Shown here piece by piece: positions 1-7,747 of a stretch of DNA of 17,526 bases. Location: contig JANNAM010000244.1 in NCBI GenBank assembly GCA_031384415.1, forward strand, positions 1 to 17,526, read 5' to 3'. How positions within the stretch are numbered: the stretch's first letter is position 1; every line of letters starts with the position of its first letter. A program made the translations under genes and the position numbers. Source of the DNA: Bacteroidota bacterium. Lineage in GTDB: Bacteria > Bacteroidota > Bacteroidia > Chitinophagales > Chitinophagaceae. Below the pieces are notes generated by a model. The model did no database searches. It was given only the letters and a program-made list of their open reading frames with translations, and was not told the DNA's origin.

Positions 1-2566
1 CTGCTTTTTCTTCGGTGATAACATCATCCAGTTTCTTTTTCTTATCACTCTTATTACTTAAAGGCTGCGATAGTTTAGAACCGTCACGGTATAAAGCGCA
101 GGCTTTTAATCCCAGTTCCCAGCTCATGCGGTATGCATCTGCAATTTCGTCCTGCGTTGCTTCATTGGGTAGGTTAATTGTTTTACTGATTGCGCCGCTT
201 AAGAAAGGTTGCGCTGCACCCATCATGCGGATGTGGCCATGTGCATGTATGTAACGCTGTCCTGTTTGTCCGCATTTGTTGGCGCAGTCAAAAACAGAAA
301 GATGTTCTTCTTTTAAATAAGGCGCTCCTTCCACTGTCATTGTTCCGCAGATATAAGTATTGGCAGCTTCAATTTCTTCATCACTGTATCCCAATGCTTC
401 CAGCAAACTCCATCCAAAATCATTGTATTGCTCTGGTTTAAACCCAAGGCGCTCTAAGCAGGTTTCGCCCAGTGTATATACATTGAAAACAAAACCAATT
501 TCGAAAGCGGCTCCTAAAACTGCATTTACTTTTTCAACATCCTCAGCAGTAAAACCTTTTTCCATCAATGATTTTGTATTGATGAAAGGTGCATTGTTTA
601 ATGAAGCATGTCCTTTTGCATAGTTTACAATCTCTTCAATTTCTGTTTCGCTGTATTTTAAATTACGCAAAGCCTGCGGTACACTTTGATTTATGATTTT
701 GAAATAACCACCACCGCTTAATTTTTTAAATTTCACCAAAGCAAAATCGGGTTCTACGCCGGTAGTATCGCAATCCATCACCAGGCCGATGGTTCCTGTT
801 GGCGCAATCACCGTTGTTTGTGCATTGCGGTAGCCATATTTTTCTCCCATCTGCACTGCATCATCCCATGCCTTGGTGGCAGCTTTCAATAAATAATCGG
901 GGCAATATTTTGCATTGATGCCCTGTGGTTTTATTTCTATGCCATCATACGCATCCTGTGCATCATAAGCAGCGGTACGGTGGTTACGCATTACACGTAA
1001 CATGTGTTCTTTATTTTCTTCGTACTTATCAAAAGCGCCCAACATGCTTGCCATCTCTGCCGATGTTGTATAAGCAACGCCGGTCATGATTGCAGTAACA
1101 GCGCCAGCAATTCCCCTGGCTTCTTCGCTGTCGTAAGCAATGCCGCTTACCATTAATAAAGAACCAAGGTTTGCATAACCCAATCCCAGTGTTCTGTAAT
1201 CATAAGAAAGCTGTGCAACTTCTTTACTTGGAAACTGAGCCATCAGTACAGATATTTCCAGCACCACAGTCCAGAGGCGGCAGGTATGTTCAAAGCCAGC
1301 TATATCAATCGTATTATCATCTTCATTAAAAAAGCGGCGAAGGTTTACACTGGCTAAATTACAAGCTGTGTTATCGAGGAACATATATTCGCTGCATGGA
1401 TTGCTTGCTCTTATCGGGCCGCCTTCGGGGCATGTGTGCCATTCGTTGATGGTGGTATCGTATTGTGTTCCGGGGTCAGCACAACGCCATGCTGCATAAC
1501 TAATCTGGTTCCACAAATCTCTTGCACCAATTTTACGCATCGTTCTTCCGTCACTTCTTCCTTTCAGTTCCCACTCACCATCTGCATCCAGAACATTAAA
1601 GAAAGAATTGGGAATACGAACAGAGTTGTTGCTGTTTTGTCCGCTTACAGTGCGGTAAGCTTCGCCTTCATAATCGTTGGAATATCCGGCAGCAATCAAT
1701 GCAGCCACTTTATCTTCTTCCTTTGTTTTCCAGTTTACAAATTCTACAATTTCAGGATGGTCTAAATCGAGGCAAACCATTTTAGCTGCTCTTCTTGTTG
1801 TGCCACCGCTTTTAATAGCGCCTGCTGCCCTGTCGCCAATTTTTAAGAAACTCATTAAGCCCGATGATGTGCCACCACCGCTTAATTTTTCTCCTTCTCC
1901 TCTGATGCTGCTGAAGTTTGTTCCCACTCCGCTGCCATATTTAAATATCCTTGCTTCTCTTACCCACAAATCCATGATGCCGCCTTCATTCACCAAATCA
2001 TCTTCTACACTTAAAATAAAACAGGCATGAGGCTGGGGACGTTCGTAAGCCGATGTTGATTTTTTTAACTGACCGTCATTTGCATCCACAAAATAATGTC
2101 CCTGTGGTTTTCCTTTAATGCCATATACTTCATACAAGCCCGTGTTAAACCATTGCGGACTGTTGGGAACGCATGCCTGGTTTAAAATAGAATACACCAG
2201 TTCATCATAAAATATTTCTGCATCGTTGGGTGTTGCAAAATAATCATAGCGTTCGCCCCACACTTTCCAGCAATGCGCCATGCGGTGAGCAACCTGCTTC
2301 ACAGTTGTTTCTCTTCCTGTTGTGCCATCGGGTTGCGGCACGCCTGCTTTTCTAAAATATTTTTGTGCAATGATATCAGTTGCAATCTGGCTCCACTGTT
2401 TTGGTACTTCCACATTGTCCATTTGAAACACTACTTCGCCTGAAGGGTTCTTTATTACCGATGTTCGGTAATCGTATTCAAACATATCATAAGGGCTGAT
2501 GCCGTCTTTGGTGAACTGCCGGGAGAATTGAAGCCCTTTAGCAGTTTGCTTTTTAGTATTCGCCAT
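1..2566 (-). CDS. nrdJ: Class II (adenosylcobalamin-dependent) ribonucleotide reductase. N-terminus at 2566; the C-terminal end runs off the window at position 1 (3'-partial).
   Basis: Absent from the ORF track because there is no in-window stop. Manual minus-strand translation from the ATG at 2566-2564 stays open for about 855 codons: [75 protein letters not shown]... Checked blocks: [34 protein letters not shown] (about 1340-1441, thiyl-radical Cys loop) and [19 protein letters not shown] (about 143-199). Both are hallmark RNR class II motifs. All plus-strand ORFs listed here are antisense to it. Confidence 0.9.
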   Translation of the reverse strand, partial: MANTKKQTAKGLQFSRQFTKDGISPYDMFEYDYRTSVIKNPSGEVVFQMDNVEVPKQWSQIATDIIAQKYFRKAGVPQPDGTTGRETTVKQVAHRMAHCWKVWGERYDYFATPNDAEIFYDELVYSILNQACVPNSPQWFNTGLYEVYGIKGKPQGHYFVDANDGQLKKSTSAYERPQPHACFILSVEDDLVNEGGIMDLWVREARIFKYGSGVGTNFSSIRGEGEKLSGGGTSSGLMSFLKIGDRAAGAIKSGGTTRRAAKMVCLDLDHPEIVEFVNWKTKEEDKVAALIAAGYSNDYEGEAYRTVSGQNSNNSVRIPNSFFNVLDADGEWELKGRSDGRTMRKIGARDLWNQISYAAWRCADPGTQYDTTINEWHTCPEGGPIRASNPCSEYMFLDNTACNLASVNLRRFFNEDDNTIDIAGFEHTCRLWTVVLEISVLMAQFPSKEVAQLSYDYRTLGLGYANLGSLLMVSGIAYDSEEARGIAGAVTAIMTGVAYTTSAEMASMLGAFDKYEENKEHMLRVMRNHRTAAYDAQDAYDGIEIKPQGINAKYCPDYLLKAATKAWDDAVQMGEKYGYRNAQTTVIAPTGTIGLVMDCDTTGVEPDFALVKFKKLSGGGYFKIINQSVPQALRNLKYSETEIEEIVNYAKGHASLNNAPFINTKSLMEKGFTAEDVEKVNAVLGAAFEIGFVFNVYTLGETCLERLGFKPEQYNDFGWSLLEALGYSDEEIEAANTYICGTMTVEGAPYLKEEHLSVFDCANKCGQTGQRYIHAHGHIRMMGAAQPFLSGAISKTINLPNEATQDEIADAYRMSWELGLKACALYRDGSKLSQPLSNKSDKKKKLDDVITEEKA

Positions 2567-2644
2567 TTTTAAGTAAGGTTGAGTCTGGGTTAATAAATCG
2601 TTATCGAATGAAGGCAACGAAAATATTTGTTGTAAGTGAGTAAT

Positions 2645-2652
2645 CAAACTTA
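2645..2652 (-). promoter_or_regulatory. Candidate Bacteroidota -7 promoter element (TAAGTTTG, fits TAnnTTTG) for nrdJ
   Basis: The minus strand reads TAAGTTTG about 78 nt upstream of the nrdJ ATG. No clear -33 TTTG at canonical spacing. Motif match only. Confidence 0.3.
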
Positions 2653-2666
2653 TAAATATCAACACC

Positions 2667-2744
2667 TGTGGAAAAAAACGGTGGATAAATTACTATAGGC
2701 AAACGGGTATTGCATTTGAGGGGTTTTGCACTTTTTGTGGATAG
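2667..2744 (-). promoter_or_regulatory. Cluster of three co-oriented DnaA-box-like 9-mers upstream of nrdJ
   Basis: Minus-strand reads: TTTTCCACA (2675-2667, fits TTWTNCACA), TTATCCACC (2688-2680, 8/9 to TTATCCACA) and CTATCCACA (2744-2736, 8/9). The first two are 4 bp apart and lie 15-36 bp upstream of the candidate -7 box. Confidence 0.35.
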
Positions 2745-2855
2745 AATTTTTTTGTATCCCTGATGGAAATCTGGCAAAAAAAGGATAACAGGGTGCCTGG
2801 TAATTTCAATTTTTTTAAAATGCAGTTGCATATCAAAACCCGATTGTGTAGATTT

Positions 2856-3041
2856 ATGAAAACAACAGCTATGAACAAAAAAAAGATTTTCGGAATTTTG
2901 GGTGTGCTTTGCATTGTTGCATCCATTACTATGTACTTTATGGGAAAGAACAATCCCAATTTATCGGAGCTGAAAGATTTTTGGTGGATGCCGCTTCCAC
3001 TGGGCGCCATTGCGCTACTGCTGGCAAACAAATCAAAATAA
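2856..3041 (+). CDS. Small hypothetical membrane protein (about 61 aa, two predicted TM segments)
   Basis: Internal ATG of track ORF 2763-3041: MKTTAMNKKKIFGILGVLCIVASITMYFMGKNNPNLSELKDFWWMPLPLGAIALLLANKSK. It has a K-rich N-terminus, then two hydrophobic stretches, and is followed by a clean terminator. An alternative start is at 2871. No recognisable family. Confidence 0.5.
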   Translation: MKTTAMNKKKIFGILGVLCIVASITMYFMGKNNPNLSELKDFWWMPLPLGAIALLLANKSK

Positions 3042-3048
3042 CATAAGG

Positions 3049-3073
3049 CCCTGTTTCATCACAGGGTTTTTTC
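3049..3073 (+). terminator. Rho-independent terminator
   Basis: CCCTGT (3049-3054) pairs with ACAGGG (3061-3066) around a 6-nt loop, followed by TTTTTTC. It lies 8 nt after the stop of the small membrane ORF. Confidence 0.7.
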
Positions 3074-3087
3074 TTTCTATTTGAATT

Positions 3088-3095
3088 TATATTTG
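3088..3095 (+). promoter_or_regulatory. Candidate -7 promoter element TATATTTG directly upstream of dtd
   Basis: Fits TAnnTTTG and ends 4 nt before the dtd ATG (3100), which would imply a very short leader or none. No -33 element at proper spacing. Confidence 0.25.
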
Positions 3096-3099
3096 TACC

Positions 3100-3552
3100 A
3101 TGAGGGCCGTTATACAAAGAGTTTCAACTGCAAGTGTTGTAATTGATGGTACTATTAAATCTGAAATTAAAAGCGGCCTGCTGGTGCTGCTTGGTATTGA
3201 AGATGCAGACAACAGCGATGACATTGAATGGCTGAGCAACAAAATAGTAAACCTCCGCATTTTCGACGACGAAAATAAAATACCCAATGTTTCACTAAAA
3301 GAAACAGGCGGAGATATTTTACTCATCAGCCAGTTTACCCTGCATGCCGCTACAAAAAAGGGAAACCGACCCAGTTATATTAAAGCAAGTAAATCCATTG
3401 TTGCCATACCAGTGTATGAAAAAATGATTGCACAGTTGGAAATTGATTTGGGTAAGCCAATTTTTACAGGAGAGTTTGGTGCAGATATGAAGGTATCTTT
3501 AGTGAATGACGGACCGGTGACGATTTGGATTGATACTAAGAACAAAGAGTAA
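3100..3552 (+). CDS. dtd: D-aminoacyl-tRNA deacylase
   Basis: 150 aa: MRAVIQRVSTASVVIDG...LLVLLGIEDAD...ISQFTLHA...NRPSY...VSLVNDGPVTIWIDT. Length and the SQFTL and NDGPVT motifs are typical of Dtd. Confidence 0.95.
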   Translation: MRAVIQRVSTASVVIDGTIKSEIKSGLLVLLGIEDADNSDDIEWLSNKIVNLRIFDDENKIPNVSLKETGGDILLISQFTLHAATKKGNRPSYIKASKSIVAIPVYEKMIAQLEIDLGKPIFTGEFGADMKVSLVNDGPVTIWIDTKNKE

Positions 3553-3558
3553 TGATAC

Positions 3559-3591
3559 TATTACACTGATTAAAACGAATTACACTAATTA
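3559..3591. repeat. Left arm of the inverted repeat flanking the GxxExxY gene
   Basis: TATTACACTGATTAAAACGAATTACACTAATTA is the reverse complement of 3979-4011 at 32 of 33 positions (27 consecutive, one T/C mismatch at 3586/3984, then 5 more). Verified base by base. Each arm contains ATTACAC twice. Confidence 0.9.
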
Positions 3592-3606
3592 AATTTATGC
3601 AATTTT

Positions 3607-3981
3607 ATGACAGATTTAATTTACAAAGAAGAGTCTTTCAGAATCATAGGCATTTGTATGAAAATTCACCAAACACTTGGAATGGGTTTAAAAGAGATAA
3701 GTTATAAAGATGCCATGGAAATTGATTTTATTGATGATGTTTTACCTTACGAAAGGGAAAAGAAATTTATAGTAAAATATAAAGACAAAATCCTTCGCAA
3801 CCCTTATGTAGCTGATTATGTGGTTTTTGGTTCAATCATTCTGGAAACAAAATCAGCATCGGCGATTATAGAAAGCCACATGGCTCAGGCGCTTAGTTAC
3901 CTTGCAGTTTGGGGTATGAAACTGGCCTTGGAAATAAATTTTGGAGAAAGATCTTTAACCTGGAAAAGAATTGTTTTATAA
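3607..3981 (+). CDS. GxxExxY family protein (small PD-(D/E)XK nuclease-superfamily-like protein)
   Basis: 124 aa. The signature GLKEISY (G-x-x-E-x-x-Y) lies near the N-terminus, and the C-terminal ...SYLAVWGMKLALEINFGERSLTWKRIVL resembles the family's conserved ...LINFG...KRIV tail. Confidence 0.8.
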   Translation: MTDLIYKEESFRIIGICMKIHQTLGMGLKEISYKDAMEIDFIDDVLPYEREKKFIVKYKDKILRNPYVADYVVFGSIILETKSASAIIESHMAQALSYLAVWGMKLALEINFGERSLTWKRIVL

Positions 3982-4011
3982 TTCGTGTAATTCGTTTTAA
4001 TCAGTGTAATA
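3979..4011. repeat. Right arm of the inverted repeat flanking the GxxExxY gene
   Basis: TAATTCGTGTAATTCGTTTTAATCAGTGTAATA. It starts at the GxxExxY stop codon (TAA, 3979-3981) and ends 8 nt before the ATG of the MazG-like gene. Confidence 0.9.
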
Positions 4012-4019
4012 AAAAAATT

Positions 4020-4349
4020 ATGACAATTGAGGAAGCACAACTACAAGTTGACCAATGGATAAAAACTGTTGGAGTAAAATATTTTTCTGAATTAACCAAC
4101 CTGGGAATTTTAATGGAAGAAGTAGGTGAGTTATCAAGGCTGATGGTAAGAAAATATGGCGAACAATCATTTAAAAAAAGTGATAATGGCACGGAATTAT
4201 CTGATGAACTGGCAGATGTTTTATGGGTTTTGATTTGCCTGGCCAATCAAACCGGCGTAGATTTAACGAGTGCATTGCAAAAGAATTTTGAAAAGAAAAC
4301 TTTAAGAGATGGGTTAAGGCATCAGCAGAATGACAAACTAAAAGGATGA
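4020..4349 (+). CDS. MazG-like nucleotide pyrophosphohydrolase (YpjD-type, single MazG domain)
   Basis: In-frame ATG at 4020 inside track ORF 3909-4349: MTIEEAQLQVDQWIKTVGVKYFSELTNLGILMEEVGELSRLMVRKYGEQSFKK...ELSDELADVLWVLICLANQTGVDL. The EExGEL...E..D(V/L)L pattern is the MazG metal-binding helix pair. The upstream part of the track ORF overlaps the GxxExxY gene and the inverted repeat. Confidence 0.85.
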   Translation: MTIEEAQLQVDQWIKTVGVKYFSELTNLGILMEEVGELSRLMVRKYGEQSFKKSDNGTELSDELADVLWVLICLANQTGVDLTSALQKNFEKKTLRDGLRHQQNDKLKG

Positions 4350-4350
4350 A

Positions 4351-5325
4351 ATGAAATTTTCAGTAAAAGATACATGGGCAATCATCAGGCAATCCTTTAT
4401 TGATTTTATAGACAATAAAGTTTTTAAACTAAGTGCTGCCCTGGCCTTCTATACCATTTTTTCGCTGCCCGCCATGCTCATCATTGTTATTTCTGTAAGC
4501 GATATTTTTTATGGCCGGGCTGCCATCGAAGGAACATTGTATCACCAGATATCGGGTTTTGTGGGAGCCGATGCTGCTTTGCAGATTCAGCAAACTATCC
4601 GTGGTGCAGCTTTATCGCAAAGCAGCAAATTTGCAGCTATAGTGGGCATTACAACTTTACTCATTGGGGCCACAAGTGTTTTTAGCGAAATACAGGATTC
4701 CATCAACCATATCTGGAAATTAAAAGCCAAACCCCGTAAAGGAAAGGGGTTTTTAAAAATGCTTATTAACCGGCTGCTTTCTTTTTCTATTGTTGTAAGT
4801 CTCGGATTTTTACTACTGGTGTCGTTGTTAATTAACGGGCTGATGGATACACTTATCAACCGCCTTACACAAATGTTTCCCGAACTGACGGTGATAATGG
4901 TGTACATCGTTAATCTTGTCATCACATTTGGAATTACAGCACTGTTATTTGCCATGATATTTAAAGTGCTGCCCGATGCCCGGATAAAATGGAAACATGT
5001 AAGAGCCGGGGCTTTTACCACCGCTGCACTTTTTATGGTGGGCAAATTTTTAATTGGATATTATTTGGGCCATAGCCAGCTTTCTACCACTTATGGAACC
5101 GCAGGCTCTGTTATTGTAATGCTGTTATGGGTGTATTACTCAGCAATGATTTTATATTTTGGCGCTGTTTTTACGCATGTATATGCAGTGCACACCGGTT
5201 CCCGTATTTATCCCAATAATTATGCAGTGTGGGTGCAGGAAATAGAAGTAGAATCTGTACAATCCATTCAGCAGCAGCCAGAAGAAAAAGTGGTGATTAA
5301 AACGCCTGATGTGCCGCCTGCCTGA
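4351..5325 (+). CDS. YihY/BrkB family inner-membrane protein
   Basis: 324 aa: N-terminal ...FIDNKVFKLSAALAFYTIFSLPAMLIIV..., six hydrophobic segments, and ...GSVIVMLLWVYYSAMILYFGAVFT typical of the YihY (formerly RNase BN) family. It starts 1 nt after the stop of the MazG-like gene. Confidence 0.85.
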   Translation: MKFSVKDTWAIIRQSFIDFIDNKVFKLSAALAFYTIFSLPAMLIIVISVSDIFYGRAAIEGTLYHQISGFVGADAALQIQQTIRGAALSQSSKFAAIVGITTLLIGATSVFSEIQDSINHIWKLKAKPRKGKGFLKMLINRLLSFSIVVSLGFLLLVSLLINGLMDTLINRLTQMFPELTVIMVYIVNLVITFGITALLFAMIFKVLPDARIKWKHVRAGAFTTAALFMVGKFLIGYYLGHSQLSTTYGTAGSVIVMLLWVYYSAMILYFGAVFTHVYAVHTGSRIYPNNYAVWVQEIEVESVQSIQQQPEEKVVIKTPDVPPA

Positions 5326-5366
5326 TAATTTTATATTGTTATCGAATCTTGTAAAACTGGTTCTAT

Positions 5367-5374
5367 TATCTTTG
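5367..5374 (+). promoter_or_regulatory. Candidate -7 promoter element TATCTTTG upstream of glyQS
   Basis: Fits TAnnTTTG and ends 7 nt before the glyQS ATG (5382). A TTG lies at 5349-5351, 15 nt upstream. Motif match only. Confidence 0.3.
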
Positions 5375-5381
5375 CCGCATT

Positions 5382-6842
5382 ATGGCAAACGTAGCAAACA
5401 ATTTTCAGGAACTTATTTCGCATTGTAAAGAATACGGTTACATTTTTCAGTCCTCCGAAATTTACGACGGCCTTGCGGCTGTGTATGACTATGGCCAAAA
5501 CGGTGCCCAGTTAAAAAAGAACATTCGTGACGAGTGGTGGAAAAGTATGACGCAACTGCACGACAATATTGTGGGCATTGATGCCGCCATCTTTATGCAT
5601 CCAGCAATTTGGAAAGCCAGCGGTCATGTTGATAATTTCAGCGACCCCATGATTGATAATAAAGACAGCAATAAAAGATACCGGGTTGATCATTTGATTG
5701 AAGGATATGCTGAAGAGCTTCAAGCCGCAAGTCGCAAGGGAGAAGCAGAAACTTTGTTAGCTGCCATGGATGCTTTGTTAGCAAGCAATGATTTTGCAGG
5801 ATTAAAAAACCTGATTGAAGACAACAAAATAAAATGCGCCATCAGCAAAACCTGCAACTGGACAGATGTAAGAGAATTCAACCTGATGTTCAGCACACAA
5901 ATTGGCAGCGTGGCCGAAGAGAGTGATACCATTTATTTAAGGCCCGAAACTGCACAGGGCATTTTTGTAAATTTTTTAAATGTGCAAAAAACCGGCAGGA
6001 TGAAAATTCCTTTTGGCATTGCACAAACCGGCAAAGCATTCCGCAATGAAATTGTAGCAAGGCAGTTTATTTTCCGCATGAGAGAGTTTGAGCAAATGGA
6101 AATGCAGTTCTTCATCCGCCCAGGCACTCAAATGGAATGGTACAATTACTGGAAAGAAACAAGAAAGAAATGGCACGAAAGCATTGGCATACCTTCGGAA
6201 AAATTGCGTTACCACGACCATGTGAAGCTGGCCCATTATGCCGATGCTGCCCTTGATATTGAATTTGAATTTCCTTTTGGCTGGAAAGAACTGGAAGGTA
6301 TTCACTCAAGAACAGATTTTGATTTGAAGCAGCACCAGGAATACAGCAAAAAGAAACTGCAGTACTTCGATAATGATTTAAATGGGGAGGGAAAACCTTA
6401 TGGCAATTACATTCCTTATGTGGTGGAAACTTCTGTTGGTTTAGACCGTTTGTTTTTAACCATCATAAGCCTTGCTTACGCCGAAGAAAAATGGCAGAAA
6501 GAAGATGGCAGCGAAGACAGCCGTGTGGTGCTGCGTATTCCTGCAAAGCTGGCGCCTACAAAGCTGGCCATTTTGCCATTGGTAAAAAAAGACGGACTGC
6601 CCGAAATTGCAAGGGAACTGATGAATGAATGCAAACAAAGCTTTCATTGTTTTTATGAAGAGAAAGATGCAATAGGCAAACGCTACCGCCGCATGGATGC
6701 CATTGGCACACCATTTTGTGTAACGATAGATCACCAGACAAAAGAAGACAATATGGTTACCATTCGCTACAGGGATACGATGCAACAGGAAAGAATTGCA
6801 TTGAAGGAGGTGAAGAGGTTGGTAATGGAAAAAATCAGTTAA
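5382..6842 (+). CDS. glyQS: Glycine--tRNA ligase (dimeric class II type)
   Basis: 486 aa: ...CKEYGYIFQSSEIYDGLAAVYDYGQNGAQLKKNIRDEWWKSM..., YLRPETAQGIFVNF, FRNEIVARQFIFRMREFEQMEMQFF, and the C-terminal anticodon-binding part ...GKRYRRMDAIGTPFCVTID. These are canonical alpha2 GlyRS motifs. Confidence 0.95.
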   Translation: MANVANNFQELISHCKEYGYIFQSSEIYDGLAAVYDYGQNGAQLKKNIRDEWWKSMTQLHDNIVGIDAAIFMHPAIWKASGHVDNFSDPMIDNKDSNKRYRVDHLIEGYAEELQAASRKGEAETLLAAMDALLASNDFAGLKNLIEDNKIKCAISKTCNWTDVREFNLMFSTQIGSVAEESDTIYLRPETAQGIFVNFLNVQKTGRMKIPFGIAQTGKAFRNEIVARQFIFRMREFEQMEMQFFIRPGTQMEWYNYWKETRKKWHESIGIPSEKLRYHDHVKLAHYADAALDIEFEFPFGWKELEGIHSRTDFDLKQHQEYSKKKLQYFDNDLNGEGKPYGNYIPYVVETSVGLDRLFLTIISLAYAEEKWQKEDGSEDSRVVLRIPAKLAPTKLAILPLVKKDGLPEIARELMNECKQSFHCFYEEKDAIGKRYRRMDAIGTPFCVTIDHQTKEDNMVTIRYRDTMQQERIALKEVKRLVMEKIS

Positions 6843-6853
6843 CTGGTTTAAAT

Positions 6854-7657
6854 ATGAACCAACAAAACACCATATCATTAATTGAAAAATTTCAATCACT
6901 AAATTTATCAGCCATTATTGACTTTGATAAGTTTAACGGCTATTCCATTACCCATCACTCCACAACCATTGAAGGCAGTACACTTACCGAAACAGAAACA
7001 AGGTTATTGTTGGATGAAGGTATTACACCGGCTGGCAAACCACTGCTGCACAGCCTGATGGTGCAGGATCATTACAACGCTTTATTGTTTATTACACAAA
7101 AGGCGAAAGAGAAAAAAAATATTACTCCCGGATTTATACAAGTGGTAAATGCCGCAGTAATGAAACAAACCGGAAGCATCTACCAGACTGTTTTTGGAGA
7201 ACTGGATGGAAGCAAAGGGGTTTTTAGAAAAGGCAATGTAAGTGCAGGAAGTACATATTTTGTTGGTTACGAAAAAGTGGAAGGGCTTGTTACCAAACTT
7301 TGTAATGGCATTAATGATAAAATAAATTCAGCCGCTTCGGTTGCCGAAAAACTCCATATTTGTTTTGATGCTCATTTTGATCTGGTAACCATTCACCCTT
7401 TTTACGACGGTAATGGAAGAACAAGCCGCCTGCTGATGAATTACCTGCAGCTGCTTTTTAATTTACCACTCAGTATCGTTTTTAAAGAAGACAAAGCCGC
7501 CTATTTTGAAGCATTGCAGCAAACAAGAAAACAAGAAGACATCGCTGTCTTCCGGGAATTTATGTTTGCACAGTATGCAAAATACCTGCAGCAGGAAATT
7601 GAAAAATTTGAACAGGCGCAGCAAAGCGGAGGAAAAGCTTATTCATTTGTTTTTTAA
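6854..7657 (+). CDS. Fic-domain protein (putative AMP-transferase) with an N-terminal intramolecular inhibitory motif
   Basis: In-frame ATG at 6854 of track ORF 6716-7657, whose upstream part overlaps glyQS. The Fic active-site motif HPFYDGNGRTSR (7394-7429) fits HxFx(D/E)GNGRxxR. STTIEG (6959-6976) fits the (S/T)xxxE(G/N) inhibitory helix of the Fic_N region. Confidence 0.85.
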   Translation: MNQQNTISLIEKFQSLNLSAIIDFDKFNGYSITHHSTTIEGSTLTETETRLLLDEGITPAGKPLLHSLMVQDHYNALLFITQKAKEKKNITPGFIQVVNAAVMKQTGSIYQTVFGELDGSKGVFRKGNVSAGSTYFVGYEKVEGLVTKLCNGINDKINSAASVAEKLHICFDAHFDLVTIHPFYDGNGRTSRLLMNYLQLLFNLPLSIVFKEDKAAYFEALQQTRKQEDIAVFREFMFAQYAKYLQQEIEKFEQAQQSGGKAYSFVF

Positions 7658-7747
7658 AACTACAGTTGAATTAAGTTACCTGTTAACCCCAAAATTAAAA
7701 TAGCATAACCCGCCGTTTCTTTTAACCTTTGCGGCCAAAGCCAACAG

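Noticed and set aside
15-2030. Plus-strand track ORFs 15-254, 190-441, 360-623, 1436-1765 and 1677-2030
   Set aside because: All are antisense to the continuous nrdJ reading frame. Their sequences are low-complexity or odd in composition and carry no motifs. They are by-products of the opposite-strand gene.
2567-2760. Cobalamin riboswitch or NrdR boxes in the nrdJ leader or promoter
   Set aside because: I looked for a B12-box-like core and for paired 16-bp NrdR palindromes (ACAC.ATAT.T.GTGT type). Nothing convincing turned up, only a 5-bp stem (TCGTT/AACGA) in the leader.
2567-2855. The DnaA boxes interpreted as a chromosomal origin (oriC)
   Set aside because: There are only three boxes, all with one deviation from the strict consensus. 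There is no obvious array of boxes or tandem AT-rich 13-mer-like unwinding repeats. Promoter-linked regulation of nrdJ is the simpler reading, though this cannot be fully excluded without GC-skew data.
2601-3031. Minus-strand ORFs of 76 aa (2601-2831) and 112 aa (2693-3031)
   Set aside because: They span the nrdJ promoter region and run antisense to the small membrane ORF. They have no recognisable domains. The terminator at 3049-3073 supports the plus-strand ORF instead.
3909-4019. 5' extension of the MazG-like ORF (track start 3909)
   Set aside because: It overlaps the 3' end of the GxxExxY gene and the right repeat arm in another frame. Homology-like sequence begins at the ATG at 4020.
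3607-4349. GxxExxY (nuclease-like) plus MazG-like protein as a two-gene defence module
   Set aside because: The MazG-like protein is the short YpjD-type housekeeping form, which from memory is commonly adjacent to dtd. The inverted repeats enclose only the GxxExxY gene, so the two genes do not form one unit.
4587-5045. 152-aa minus-strand ORF inside the YihY gene
   Set aside because: It is antisense to a well-supported membrane-protein gene and has no motifs.
6716-6853. 5' extension of the Fic ORF (track start 6716)
   Set aside because: It lies inside the glyQS coding region in another frame. The ATG at 6854 gives a normal Fic_N-type N-terminus.
5511-6899. Minus-strand ORFs 5511-5723, 5720-5932, 5933-6127, 5976-6305, 6112-6309, 6456-6899 and 6556-6741
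   Set aside because: All are antisense to glyQS (and to the start of fic). They are short and Cys/His/Phe-rich, which is typical of spurious translations.
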